Assembly (NCBI GenBank): GCA_964016885.1
Contig: OZ024762.1
Coordinates: forward strand, 12,214,001 to 12,278,000
Length of the DNA stretch: 64,000 nucleotides
DNA from: Eledone cirrhosa
Taxonomy: Eukaryota
Direction of reading: 5' to 3'
Shown: in pieces, positions 1-12,399 of the stretch
Layout of the letters: each line of letters begins with the position of its first letter
How positions within the stretch are numbered: the first letter of the stretch is position 1
Program-made: the position numbers and the translations under genes
Notes under the pieces: generated by a model
What the model saw: the letters and a program-made list of their open reading frames with translations, nothing else
Database searches by the model: none
Told to the model about the DNA's origin: nothing

Positions 1-172
1 CATGATATGGATGAAGGACCAACCCCAGTTCAGAACTGGTATATTTTTCTCGACCTTGAAAGGATTTGAACTCAAAGTACAGAGAACTGGAACAAGTATT
101 GCAAATCATTTTATCCGACATTCTAACAACTCTGACAATTTACCACCTCACTTTGATAATATATATATATAT

Positions 173-444
173 GGAGGCACATGGCTTAGTGGTTAGAGCA
201 TTGGCCTTGCAATCGAAAGGTTGTGAGTTCAATTCTCAGACCAGGTGATGTGTTGTGTCCTTGAGCAAGACACTTTATATCACATTATTCCAGTTTACTC
301 AGCTGTAGAAATGAGATGATAGGACTGGGGTCCCTATCATTCCACTGCAAAGTGGTCGTGGAGGTGCCACAGCAAAAAAGCACCAGTTCCCATCCCACCC
401 TTGCAAGCAGGGAAAAGCGGACGTAAAATGATGATGATGATGAT
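173..444 (+). mobile_element. tRNA-derived SINE family A (CORE-like centre, RTE-type tail)
   Basis: A box TGGCTTAGTGG, B box GTTCAATTC, GTCCTTGAGCAAGACACTT core, (GAT)n tail. Confidence 0.85.
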
Positions 445-479
445 ATATATATACATGGAATTACTTACATCACATCTCC

Positions 480-2400
480 AATCTTTACTGAAAATATAGA
501 AGATGTCTGTCTTCCCCAGGCTCATTTCATCCCACTTGTGAGGCAAGGTGAGTCTTCTGTAGTCTGGTGGGTCACCACACAACTCCATTCTGTCTCATTC
601 AAGAGCTTGAACCTATCATTCACCATCCAAAGTGTTCCCAGGTCTTTCCCTTCAACAAGTCCTATCGTGTAGCTGTTCTCTACCATGCACATCACATGTC
701 CACACCAGCCATATCCTGTATACTGCATCTAATCCCTCTCATGCATAGCTTTTCTCTGTTTGCTAACCTTCCACCATTCATACACACAGCTATGGCATGT
801 CCATTGGAGCATGCTTACTTCATTTCTTTCCAGTCTTCACAGATCCTCTGCATCCTCTGTATACAAGCCCCAAGTCTCACTTCTATGCAGCATCGCCATT
901 TGCACACAAGCATCATGCAATATGCCTTTCATTCTGTCGAAGAAACCCTTTGTAGCCAGCAGAGGCTTTCACTCTAGCCACTGTACTTTCAGAACAACCC
1001 CTCGGCTGATTAGCCCTCTTGATACCAACCTGTTTCACCCCTTCATCCACGTCTAACTTTACAAAACTGACCAGTTTAACCCTTTTAGATACCAACTCAG
1101 CCAAAACAGGCTCTAGTTCTATGAAATAAAGTCACCCATTTTAAAGGTTTCCAACATAATTAAGTTACTATCTTAGTAATGAAATAATAATTTTAGTAAA
1201 TCACTCCAACATAATTTTATATAAGAACCTTACATTAAGTTACTATCTCAGTAATGAAATAATTGATTTTAATAAATTCCTCAAAATTCTTCATCAATTA
1301 CTTGAAATAGAGTGTATTTCATTAAAAATGTCATGAAAGGGTTAAGTCACCTAGATATCAAAAACTGTTCACTATATCTAGGAGGGCCCTTTGAGCATTT
1401 GATAGACTCTGTTTCGTGTTAGCTCCTGTTAATGTTCCTCTGTATTTGTCACGTACGATGTCTACATCCTTTATTAACCTCTCCAATGTCTCACATCTCT
1501 TCTGTACTCATACTTTACCATTTCTACCAACTTCATTTTTGTATATTGTGTATAGCTGGTCTTACTTGGAGATCCAGCTGGATCAGTTGGAGACAGTTGC
1601 TTCCGACAGGACCCGCTGCAAGGACTGTTTGAGGACTGCCCCCACAACCTTCTCAGGAAGAAGTGGGCAAAGAAGAAGTGTGTGACCATTTTGCTGCCAG
1701 AATCAGGATCTTCCCATCTTTCCTAAGACTTTAGTCTTTGAGAAATTGACCTTGAGGTGTTTTGATTCCAGATTTTGCTTCCATGTCTGGAATTTCTTTT
1801 CTAGTTCCTCTGTGGATTCAGCAATGAGAACTAGTCATAGCTAAACTTATAGGGATCCCCATGGGCAGCCAGTCGTAACTGTCTCCATTATCACTCTGAG
1901 GACTAAAGTAAACAATAAACGGAAGAAGGCTGAGGACAGAACCTTGGTGGACTCCCACCTGCACTCTAAACTTATCACTACACTCATTAACGTTGCCCTT
2001 GCTACCTGCCTACCCCTCTACATGGTTTGTGCAGCTCTCACCAGCCACTCATCTACCCCTAGTTTCCTTAAGAGCCCACTAGATTATAGAACAAAGTACC
2101 CTGCCAAAAGGCTTTCTCCAGGTCAACAAATGCTAAGTAGGGGGTAGGCTCCCCTCCCCTCTCTCATGTACACTCCACATTTAACAGCCTCTCATAATGG
2201 CACCTCCACACTTCTTCTCCACATTGGTGACAGCAAGTACACCATTGTCATTTCAGACACACATCTCCTAAACAACAACCTGGTTTCCCTTAATAGACAA
2301 CCCCACAGGCCAGAACAATCCTGTGGGTCACTACCACTGGAACCGACAAGAACATCTAGAAGTAGCAGCCAAATATTCCTCAAATCCACAAACAATGACA
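480..2400 (-). mobile_element. Degraded RTE LINE in pieces (about 480-1000 and 1690-2400) interrupted by later insertions
   Basis: Minus-strand remnants of AMLHxSETW, WxGHVM and KKFQTWKQxLESK similar to the 44-46 kb element. Confidence 0.7.
1080..1341. mobile_element. piggyBac-like MITE family 2
   Basis: TTAA|CCCTTT...AAAGGG|TTAA with a different interior; related pieces at 6525-6570, 6810-6851, 25389-26051, 54137-55100. Confidence 0.7.
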
Positions 2401-3234
2401 CATAGAATCCTAGATACTCATAGAGGTGGCATCTGTAATTGTATTAAACATCAGTATGAGCGGCCAGTTACGGCCGGTTTGAACAGAAAGAGGTGAGAGA
2501 TTTCCTGCCGGATACAGCTGGTTTAAATGCTAAAGGGTTAAAGATTATATTCTGAATATATAAAGGGTTAAAGAAGCATGAACATATTCAATGATGTAGT
2601 CCTAGATACACTATGGCAATATTAACAACAAAAGTTTGAAGGTATTGGTGCATCAAACAAAAACACCTTGTGTTTCACTCCACAGTTGTTTCCCTTTATA
2701 AATGGTCGGGTTTGCTTTTCATCCTCCTCCAAGGTTTGTGAAGTAAGTACCAGTTAACATACTAGGGGATGGTTGAGTTTCATTGGCGTTAAATGAATGA
2801 AAGTACAAGACGCCTCCCACACACACACACACAAAAAGTTTGCAATTCCATCACATTGTTAATCCCCCAGATATAGCTGGTACTCATTTTCAGCTGAGTG
2901 TGCTGGAGTTCCACTGAAGCAGGTGGAAAATTTCAAGTGTTTTGAAGCTTTGTTCACGAGTGATACAATGTGACAGGTAAGTAAGTATTCAATAAGATGA
3001 TGATGATGGTTCCTTGATCACGCAGTAAATGAATATATATAAATGAACCACGATGACACCAAACTGTTATATTATTGATTTATTGAAAATAGCTCACGCT
3101 GAAGCTATACCAAAAATACACAAGAATTATGGACGTTATTTGTTTGTTTGTAAAAGTAGAATTAAATTGTATTTACCAAGAAAACTTCATGAACTTCACT
3201 GGCTTGGGTAAGAGAGAGACCAGAGACAGAGATT

Positions 3235-3273
<39 letters not shown>

Positions 3274-3427
3274 GGTGAGAGAGAGAAAGTAAGAGATAGA
3301 GATTGAGTGAGAGAGAGAGAGAGAGTAAGTAAGATCCAAAGGGTCTATAGAAAGCAATAGTTTACATGTTTACTCTATGAAGAATTGCACTGAACTGCCT
3401 TGAGAACATATTTTGCTTTCACCTTAA

Positions 3428-3635
3428 CCCTTTAGCATTTAAACCGGTTGTATCTGGCCAGAATTCTCTCACCTCTTTCTGTTCAAACAGAAACTAGCCT
3501 CTTATACTGATATTAAGGTATTGTTCTCAATATAAATAATATCAAAATTTCATAGATTCGATATTATGTGAGATATTATGTGCCTTTATCACAAAAATAC
3601 AGTAATATATATAGAGTAATGTAAATGCTAAAGGG
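3428..3635. mobile_element. piggyBac-like MITE family 1
   Basis: TTAA|CCCTTTAGCATTTA...TAAATGCTAAAGGG|TTAA. Confidence 0.88.
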
Positions 3636-3695
3636 TTAATATGAGCTGCTACTTCAGACAACTGATACCAAAGGAGATAACCTTTAGATGTCAGT

Positions 3696-4043
3696 GGAGG
3701 CACATGGCTTAGTGGTTAGGGCCTTGGGCTTGCAATCGAAAGTTTGTGAGTTCAATTCTCAGACCAGGTGATGTGTTGTTTCCTTGAGCAAGACACTTTA
3801 TTTCACATTGCTCCAGTTTACTCAGCTGTAGAAATGAGATGATAGGGACTGGGGTCCCTATCATTCCACTGCAAAGTGGTCGTGGAGGTGCCACGGCAAA
3901 AAAGCACCCAGCACTCACTGTAAATGAGGTTGGTGTTAGGAAGGGCATCCAGCTGTAGAAATCAAGCCAGAATCAGTTCCCGTCCCACCCTTGCAAGCAG
4001 GGACAAAGCGGACGTAAAATGAAATGATGATGATGATGATGAT
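3696..4043 (+). mobile_element. SINE family A, full length
   Basis: Same head, core and tail; short gatgtca duplication at the flanks. Confidence 0.88.
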
Positions 4044-4124
4044 GTCACTTAGGGGTGAGTGTGTGGATAGATTTCGCTACAATTCTACCATTGTATATTT
4101 GTTTTTTGTTTTTGTATTTTCCAG

Positions 4125-4507
4125 ATAAAAAACATGGCCCCTTTCGGGAGTACCCTGGACAGCGACACCCTGGGTAGCTGGAGAGTGGTTCTGGCCACCA
4201 ACAATAAAACCATCCCTCTCACCACTAATCTCAACAGTCTTTATGAAATAATCAAAGATCCTCAAGTGTCCTGCCATCTTCCCGGTAGGGGTCAGCGGCT
4301 CTGGGTCCCTTGTTTGCCCCCGCCCTCGTATCAGTCGGTCAAAAGCTTCCTCGGGTCCCCATCATGCTCTCCATTGCCCCCGTCGCCGTCTCAACCACCA
4401 CCGTCGCCGCCACCATCATCATCATCAGCCTTGTCGTCACGACGACCACAGGGCTTGTCCTCATCTTTCCAATTGCCACAATCATCATCACCATCATCTC
4501 GGCCACC

Positions 4508-4538
<31 letters not shown>

Positions 4539-5564
4539 AAACAGACATTCATGTCATCATCATCATCACCCTCATCATCCTGGCCACCACAATCATCATC
4601 ATCACCATCACCATCAACATCATATCAGAATTACATGCGAGATACTCAGCCAATAAAAGGTAATCAGCAGGTGGACATTAGATTCACAGGTGAAGGTCGT
4701 GGAGAGTCTTTGAAGAAATTTGGTGGACGTCCTTCACACTTTCTGCCACCTTCCCCTCCCCCACTCACTGTATCACCTGTAACTAGTAACCGTAGCAACA
4801 AGACAACAGAATCTAGTGGTGACATCTCATCTTTGAGGTCGGAGAGTTCTGTAAGTTATAAAGGTTTTAAGGTAATTGACCTGAGGTCAATAAATGACCT
4901 GGGATCAACAGTGTTACCTTTACTCCAACATGACGACACATTCTCTGATTGTGAAATATTAGATTTGGAAGATACCTTAGTTGAAGCAAAGACCAGCCCA
5001 CTCTCGGTCACCAAATCTGACCAGTCTGGGAGGGTGACCCCTCAGAGCCCACTCTCGGTCACTGAATCTGACCAGTCTGGGAGGGTGAGCCCACTGTCTG
5101 TCCCCAAATCTGACCAGTCTAGGAAGATGACCACTCAGAGCCCACTCTCAGTCACTGAATCTGACCAATCTGGGAGGGTGACCCCCCAGAGCCCACTCTC
5201 GGTCACTGAATCTGACCAGTCTGGGAGGAAGACCCCTCAGGGTCAAGCCAAATCCAAATCTCAAGATCACCCTTCTAAAAGACTTCCTAAACTAGAACAC
5301 TCCCCAATGCCCTCCATTGAGGTTTTACCTGAAAGTCTCACGCCAAGTACATCACAGCTATCTCCACAGTACCATAGCACACCTGTCCATCGGACATCCT
5401 CCCATACAGCTCGGCCCCTCCCTACCCTCACACCGATTCCCAACCCTCAAACAACTGATCCCTATGATAAAAAAGGTGACAACTCTGCTACAAAACCAAC
5501 AAAATCTCAAACTCTGAGTTCCTCTCATAAACTGAAGAGAAAGGCAATCAACAATCAAATGAAG
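4125..5564 (+). CDS. REV3L: DNA polymerase zeta catalytic subunit, internal exon (large low-complexity exon with REV7-binding-like motif)
   Basis: ttttccag acceptor, 1440-nt open frame, AAG|gtaatt donor, phase 0/0. RLWVPCLPPPSYQSVKSFL resembles REV3L REV7-binding motif 2. Joins in frame to the next, clearly REV3L, exon. Confidence 0.8.
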
Positions 5565-6216
5565 GTAATTTGGATTTATATATATCATCATTATCATCAT
5601 CATCATTGTTTAATGTCCATTTTTCCATGGCATGGGTTAGACGAGTTGTCCTGTTGTGAGATAAGCCAGATCAAATGACCATCTCTTGCTCATACAGAAC
5701 TGTTTCTAGCTTGGTTTCTACAGCTGGATGCCCTTCCTAATGCCAACCTCATTTAGAATATTGACTGCGCACTTTTTACCGATGCACTAAAATAACCACT
5801 TTACAACAGTGAGGGCTGGGTGCTTTTTTTGTCATGGCACCAAAACAACCAACATAACCACTTTGTAGTGTGCATCGAGAGCTTTTTGTCATGTCACCTA
5901 CACAACCACTTTACAGTGTGGACAGGGTACTTTTTGTTGTGACTCTTACAGAGTAGACAGGATGCTTTTTGTTGTGACACCAACACAACCACTTTACAGT
6001 GTGGACTGAGAACTTTTTTATGTATAACGAGAATACAGAAGGCTGCATGTGGCTTTAAGGCTAAAAGTTCCCCCTCTCTGGTATAGCGTGTTTAGAATCC
6101 CTTTATGAAATATTTATTTAAATACTATAACGAAGGGGAATAACTCACAATATAAAATTAAAATGTCTGTGTTAGTGTCTCTGGTATTGTAAGTATTACA
6201 TTATATAGTTGCTAAA

Positions 6217-6290
6217 ACACTATACTTATTTCAATGGCCTAGTTACATCATCTGATCATGATGCAAGTCTTAGGTGATTTCATCAGGTGT
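6217..6290 (-). ncRNA. Type I hammerhead-like motif with extended helix II
   Basis: Reverse complement reads ACAC-CUGAUGA-AAU...UUGCAUCAU/AUGAUGUAA...AUU-GAAA-UA(ag)UA-UA-GUGU. Confidence 0.6.
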
Positions 6291-6586
6291 GGATTGCAAA
6301 ATTAGTTATATAAGATAACAGGATAACAGTGAACACAAACTGAGAATAGAGGATTTGATTCAGGGATAGCTTGTCAGTTCAGTGTTATTTTAACAGCAAA
6401 CCATTTTACAAAATCTAGGAAAGATATTAGTTTCTTATTATTACCTTCCTAAAGTACTCATTTATTGGCTTATTTTCTCAGCATTGTGACTATTTAAAAT
6501 GGTAGGGGGTGGGGGTGGGGGGCTGTAGAACCAGAGCTGGTTTGGGGCAAGTTGGTATCAAAAGGGTTAAATAGAAACCCTTTTAA

Positions 6587-6794
6587 CCCTTTACCATTTA
6601 CATTATTCTATATATACAATTATATTTTCACGGTAAAGGCTTTACGTCATATAATATCGAATCTATGAAATTTTGATATTATTTATTTTGAGAACAATAC
6701 CTTAACATAAGTATGAGTGGCCAATTATGGCCAGTTTGAACAGAAAGAAGTGAGAGAATTCTGGCTGGATATGGCCGGTTTAAATGCCAAAGAG
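6587..6794. mobile_element. piggyBac-like MITE family 1
   Basis: TTAA flanks, near-consensus TIRs, opposite orientation to 3428-3635. Confidence 0.82.
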
Positions 6795-6932
6795 TTAAGT
6801 GGGTGGTTTAGTTTCATAGAACCAGGCTGGGCTGGTATGAGAAGGGTTAATATTTAAATCAGATGTTGCTAATTGTTGGGTGTTTTGTGAATTTGTTAAT
6901 TAATTCTAATAAGAGCTATGTTTCTATCTCAG

Positions 6933-7046
6933 CAATGGGTGTCAAACACCTCCCTTACATCACAGCTTGATTGTCCTACACCGAAGAACACCTATGGTTT
7001 CAAAATCAGTCAAATGCCATGTCGAGATACAAAATCTTCGCATAAG
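6933..7046 (+). CDS. REV3L: REV3L exon
   Basis: SQLDCPTPKNTYGFKISQ matches REV3L SQIDGPxxxNTYGFK; ag/gt boundaries, phase 0/0. Confidence 0.9.
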
Positions 7047-7790
7047 GTCAGTAAGTTAATTCACCTCTTATTATCAATGCTAGCTGAAGGGCGGTGGATT
7101 GACAGTATCGGTTGAGGGTCGAACGCCATGCTTTGCAGCATAGAGTTAGGGCCCTTTGCAGTCTGAGTTCATATCCCACCGAGATTAACTTTGCTTTTTA
7201 TTCTTACAGGGTCAATAAAATAAAGTACCAGTAACACACTGGGGTCGATTTAATCGACTTTCCCCTCCCCCAAAATTGCTGATGCTTTATAACACAGTAA
7301 GGCCTTATAAGGTAGTAATAATTTAGAAGGCAGTGGGATTGGCAGTATCGGTAGAGGGTCGGACGCCATGCTTTGCAGCACAGTTACGTCCCTTTACGGA
7401 CTGAGTTCAAATCCCGCCGAGGTTAACTTTGCCTTTCATCCTTACGGGGTCGATAAAATAAAGTACCAGTAATACACTGAAATAATTGCTGGCCTTGTGC
7501 CAAAAGTAGAAACAAATAATTTAGAAGGCAGTAAGGATTTATAGTGCAGTAAGGCCTTATAAGGCAGTAAGGGTTTATTGTGCAGTTAAGCCTTTTAAAG
7601 CAATGATGTCTTATAGTGGCCTTATAAGGCAGTGATGCCTTATAAAGTAGTGATACCTTATAAGGCAGTGATGCCTTATAAGGCAGTGATGCCTTATAAG
7701 GCAGTGATGCCTTATAAGGTAGTGATGCCTTATAAGGCAGTGGCCTTATAAAACGGTTAATTTATTTATTTTTCTTTCTCCTTCTCTCAG

Positions 7791-8164
7791 GCACAACACA
7801 TCTGTTTGATGAGTTTTGAATTACTGATTAGGACGCGTGGTGACAAACATCCTGATCCACAAGTAGATGATGTACAAGCCGCCTTCTGTGTTTTCTCACA
7901 AGATTCTCAACCCAACGATACAACTACAGTTGTTGTTGTGATCGATAACAACAACCAGTCTGCCGAGAAACCTCCTTCAACAAAGACGAAGAAGACATGT
8001 TTAGGCCCCAGTAAACTTGGTGGTGGCGGCGGCGCCGGTGGTGGTGGTGGTGATGGTGGTGGTGGTGGTATACTACGTACCACAGCTCCACCTGATGGAG
8101 TCGACATCGTGTATGTGGAGGATGAAATTAAACTCATGCATAAAGTGGAGGAGCTTGTTAAAAG
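7791..8164 (+). CDS. REV3L: REV3L exon (start of inactive exonuclease-like domain)
   Basis: AQHICLMSFELLIRTRGDKHPDPQVDDVQAAF matches the QxLTLxSxElHxRTRxDLxPDP block; phase 0/2. Confidence 0.9.
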
Positions 8165-9169
8165 GTTTGTGGCCCCAAAAATTTCACAAAATATTTCTAA
8201 TCTTCATGACCCTTGACCTCTCCATGTGAGATCCATCAATGGGTGATCAGTTATATGTTGTTGTTGTTGTTGTTTAGTATCTGGCTTGTGCTTTATTTTC
8301 CTTTTAGTTTCCCTGGAAACGTCCCAAAGCAGTCTTGCTTTCATTTCTCTCTCTGTTATTATTATTTTGCAGCATAGAGTTACGTCCCTTTACATTCTGA
8401 GTTCAAATTCTGCAGAGGTTAAACTTTGCCTTTCATCTTTACGGGGTCAATAAAATAAAGTACCAGACCCGCACTGGGGTCGATTTAATTGACTTTCCCC
8501 TTCCCCCAAATTACTGGCCTTGTGCCTATATTAGAAATCATCATTATTATTATTATTATTATCATTATTATAGTTACGTCCCTTTACGATCTGAGTTTCA
8601 CTTTGCCTTTCATCCTTACGGGTTCGATAAAATAAAGTACCAGTAATGCACTGGGTGATTGCTGGCCTTGTGCCTAAAGTAGAAACAATTATTATTATTA
8701 TTGTTCTTTGATGTTATTTAACTGGAAGGTTTGTTGAAATGAATATCAAGCTGCTACCTGCAGCCTCAGATATTCAGGACGTATCGGAGGGTTCTTGCTG
8801 TTCCCAGCAAGCATGCCTTTTGAAGTGTTCCACAAAGCGGGGCTAGACTAATCTTCTTTAACCATTCTTGGAAACTCTTTGAGATAGTACCTAGTGCTCC
8901 TATGACAATCGGGACAACCTTGATTTCGGGGCAGTTTCAAATCCCTTTTAACTCCCACTTTAAATCATTATTATTATTATTATTGAACGGTGGATTGGCA
9001 GTATCGGTGGAGGGTCGGACGCCATGCTTTCCAGCATAGTTACGTCCCTTTACGATCTGAGTTCAAATCCCGCCGAGGTTGACTTTGCCTTTCATCCTTA
9101 CGGGGTCGATAAAATAAAGTACCAGTAATGCACTGGGTAATTGCTGGCCTTGTGCCTAAAGTAGAAACA

Positions 9170-9205
<36 letters not shown>

Positions 9206-9206
9206 G

Positions 9207-9322
9207 TTGGGATCCTGATATGCTGATTGGTTATGACGTGACCACATTGTCGTGGGGTTATTTACTACAGAGAGCTGCGCACCTTAATTTGGAACTCGCT
9301 TCTAAAATCTCCAGAATTCCAA
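9207..9322 (+). CDS. REV3L: REV3L exon
   Basis: WDPDMLIGYDVTTLSWGYLLQRAAHL matches the DPDILxGY...SWGYLxQRA block; phase 2/1. Confidence 0.92.
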
Positions 9323-9514
9323 GTAAATATTATTTCCAATATTCTGATTCATTGAGTTCTATATTTATTGATTTCTGTATTTTAGCAAACTAACCCCCCC
9401 CCCTCCCTTTCCCCAGCATTGGTGTCACAATAGAATATACTCAATTGAGTGTTGGAACATATATATAGGTGAGTTGAGGCCCTCATCCTCTCCCCTGGTT
9501 ATTATTACATCACA

Positions 9515-9800
9515 TGGTTATTATTACACCACATGTTATTGTTATACCACATGGTATTACACCACATGGTATTATTACACCACATGTTATTACACCACAT
9601 GGTATTGTTATACCACATGGTATTACACCACATGGTATTATTACACCACATGGTATTATTACACCACATGGTATTGTTATACCACATGGTATTGTTATAC
9701 CACATGGTATTACACCACATGGTATTATTACACCACATGTTATTACACCACATGGTATTGTTATACCACATCGTATTACAGATCATGACACCACATGGGG
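9515..9800. repeat. 15/18-bp minisatellite (accacatggtattattac)
   Basis: Direct inspection. Confidence 0.9.
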
Positions 9801-9884
9801 TATCATCCCATCAGATCATTCCATCCTCTGTTAGTCTTGTAGTCCAACCTCTCTCTTCTCTCTCTCTCTCTCTCTCTCTCCAAG

Positions 9885-9973
9885 ACACAAAAGATGCTCA
9901 ATTCCGTGAGAACTATGACATCTATCTCCCTGGCCGGATTGTTCTGGATCTTTGGAAGATTCTACGACATGAA
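9885..9973 (+). CDS. REV3L: REV3L exon
   Basis: DIYLPGRIVLDLWKILRHE matches GRIxLNLWRxxRxE; aag acceptor after (CT)n, gtaagt donor; phase 1/0. Confidence 0.9.
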
Positions 9974-10651
9974 GTAAGTACTTGTCAACATTGCCACACT
10001 AACCCTTTCATCATCACAAATCATCCTCATCACCTCCATCATCATCACCATCATCATCACCACCATCATCATCACCATCATTATCATCACCACCACCATC
10101 ATCACCACCATCATCATCACCATCATCATCACCACCATCACCATCACCATCATCACCACCATCACCATCACCATCATTATCATCACCTCCATCATCATCA
10201 CCACCATCATCATCACCACCATCACCATCACCATCATTATCATCACCACCACCATCATCATCACCATCACCATCATCATCACCATCACCATCATCATCAT
10301 CATCATCACCTCAATCATCATCATCATCACCACCACCATCACCAGCACCACCATCACCACCACCACCATCATCATCATCATTATTTAACAGCTATTTTAT
10401 AAAGTACCAGTAATGCACTGGTTAATTGCTGGCCTTGTGCCTAAAGTAGAAACAATTATTTAACAGCTATTTTCTTTGCTAGTAAAACATTGTCAGACTT
10501 AACCCTCCATCACACGACTTCACTTAAAAAAAAAAATCTTGCTAAACAAATACAATAATCAAATTTTCCTAATTTTGAATATTTATTCAAGACTTGAGAG
10601 GAAATTAAAAAATATAAATAAATATAATCTGAAATACTTTATATTTGACAG

Positions 10652-10770
10652 GTGACGCTGAATATTTACACCTTTGAGAACGTATATTTTCATGTGTTAC
10701 ATCAAAGGGTTCCTCGATACTCTAACAAATCGCTGACATCGTGGTTTAACTACAAGACACATCTACATAG
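10652..10770 (+). CDS. REV3L: REV3L exon
   Basis: VTLNIYTFENVYFHVLHQRVPRYSNKSLTSWF; phase 0/2. Confidence 0.93.
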
Positions 10771-11299
10771 GTTGGTATTGGTTTACATTCTGTTTGGTTA
10801 GATATCACCATCGGACATATTTGTCACCATCGGACATAATTGTCACCATCGGACATATTATGACCATCAGACACATTATCACCATCAGACACATTATCAC
10901 TGTCAGACACATTATTACCATCAGACACATTGTCACCCATCGGACACATTTTAACCACCAAACATATTATGACACCATGATCAGACACCATGCTTTGCAG
11001 CATAGAGTCCTTTACGCTCTGAATTCAAATCCCATCGAAGTTAACTTTGCCTTTCATCCTTACGGGGTCAATAAAATAAAGTACCAGTAATACACTGGGT
11101 AATTGCTGGCCTTGTGCCAAAAGTAGAAACAATTATTATAGAGCTATATTCTTGTCTATTTTAACATTTATTAACACTTAATATCCTGTAGTATTATATA
11201 TCTTGTATTATATATTTGGAGTAACTGCTCTCCTCGGTGGGTTGCCTTCTCTGTTGTGATTTTATTATGTTTTTTGTTTTTAAATTCTATTTCCACCAG

Positions 11300-11441
11300 A
11301 TGGCGTGTATTGGACTACTACATCACCAGATCTAGGGGAAACATTTCCCTCCTTGAAGGACTTGACCTGATCAGTAAAACCAGTGAAATGGCGCGAGTAT
11401 TTGGCATTGAGTTCTACCATGTTCTCTCAAGAGGTTCTCAG
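11300..11441 (+). CDS. REV3L: REV3L exon
   Basis: LDLISKTSEMARVFGIEFYHVLSRGSQ, diagnostic Pol zeta block; phase 2/0. Confidence 0.95.
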
Positions 11442-11706
11442 GTAAAATGATCTTCAATTCTAGATTTTTTTCACTGATTTAACAACAAATAAGTCAATGT
11501 GGGGGTCGATAAAATAAAGTACCAGTATTGCACTAGGGTCGATTTAATCGACTTTCTCTCCCCTAAAATTGTTGGCCTTCCGCCTAAATCAGAAACTATT
11601 GCAGTATTGGTAGAGGGTCGGACGCCATGCTTTCCAGCATAGAGTTACGTCCCTTTATGGTCTGAGTTCAAATCCCGTCGAGGTTAAATTTGCCTTTCCT
11701 CCTTAA

Positions 11707-11912
11707 CCCGTTAGCCTTTACATTACTCTATATATAATGTATTTTCACGGTAAAGGCTTTATCTTACATAATATCTCACATAATATCGAATCTATGAGAT
11801 TTTGATATCATTTATTTTGAGAACAATACCTTAACATCGGTATGAGTGGCTGGTTACAACCGGTTTGAACAGAAAGAGATGAGAGATTCTGGCCGGTTTA
11901 AATGCTAAAGGG
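11707..11912. mobile_element. piggyBac-like MITE family 1 nested in a SINE B
   Basis: TTAA left, TTAC right; interrupts the SINE core ccttac|gggg. Confidence 0.82.
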
Positions 11913-12399
11913 TTACGGGGTCGATAAAATAAAGTACCAGTAATGTACTGAGGTAATTGCTGGCTTTGTGCCAAAAGTAGAAACAATTATTATTATTATT
12001 TTCATTTTAAGGGTTGGTGGATTGGCAGTATCGGTAGAGGCTCAGACGCCATGCTTTGACGCATAGAGTTACGGTCCTTGCCATTCTAAGTTCAAATCCT
12101 GCCGAGGTTAACTTTGCCTTTCATACTTATGGGGTCGATAAAATAAAGTACCAGTAATGCACTGGGTAATTGCTGGCCTTGTGCCAAAAGTAGAAACAAT
12201 TATTATTATTAGTGGAAGCACATGGCTTGCTATTCTGAGTTCAAATCCTGCCGAGGTTAACTTTGCCTTTCATCCTTAGGGGGTCGATAAAATGAAGTAC
12301 CAGTAATGTACTGGAGTAATTGCTGGCCTTGTGCCAAAAGTAGAAACAATTATTATTATTATTTTTATTTTATTCTTTTTGTATTTTTATATTTCTCAG

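Larger units (their letters stand above)
7088..12365 (+). mobile_element. Cluster of SINE family B copies in REV3L introns (about 7088-7285, 7327-7520, 8367-8703, 8985-9204, 10985-11140, 11500-12000, 12010-12365)
   Basis: Repeated TGGCAGTATCGGTAGAG...GAGTTCAAATCC...GCCTTTCATCCTTACGGGGTCGATAAAATAAAGTACCAG...(TTA)n. The centre resembles the Meta-SINE domain (from memory). Confidence 0.8.

Noticed and set aside
173-245. tRNA genes at SINE heads (also 3696, 18872, 31551)
   Set aside because: A and B boxes are present but the acceptor stem is broken, and each continues into a SINE core and tail.
2680-2985. Possible extra REV3L exons bounded by AG/GT
   Set aside because: No recognisable REV3L similarity, and part of the region resembles a SINE core; cannot be supported.
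10005-10385. Poly-His ORFs (also 12660-12800 and 38258-38518)
   Set aside because: (CAT/CAC)n microsatellites downstream of splice donors or inside SINE remnants.
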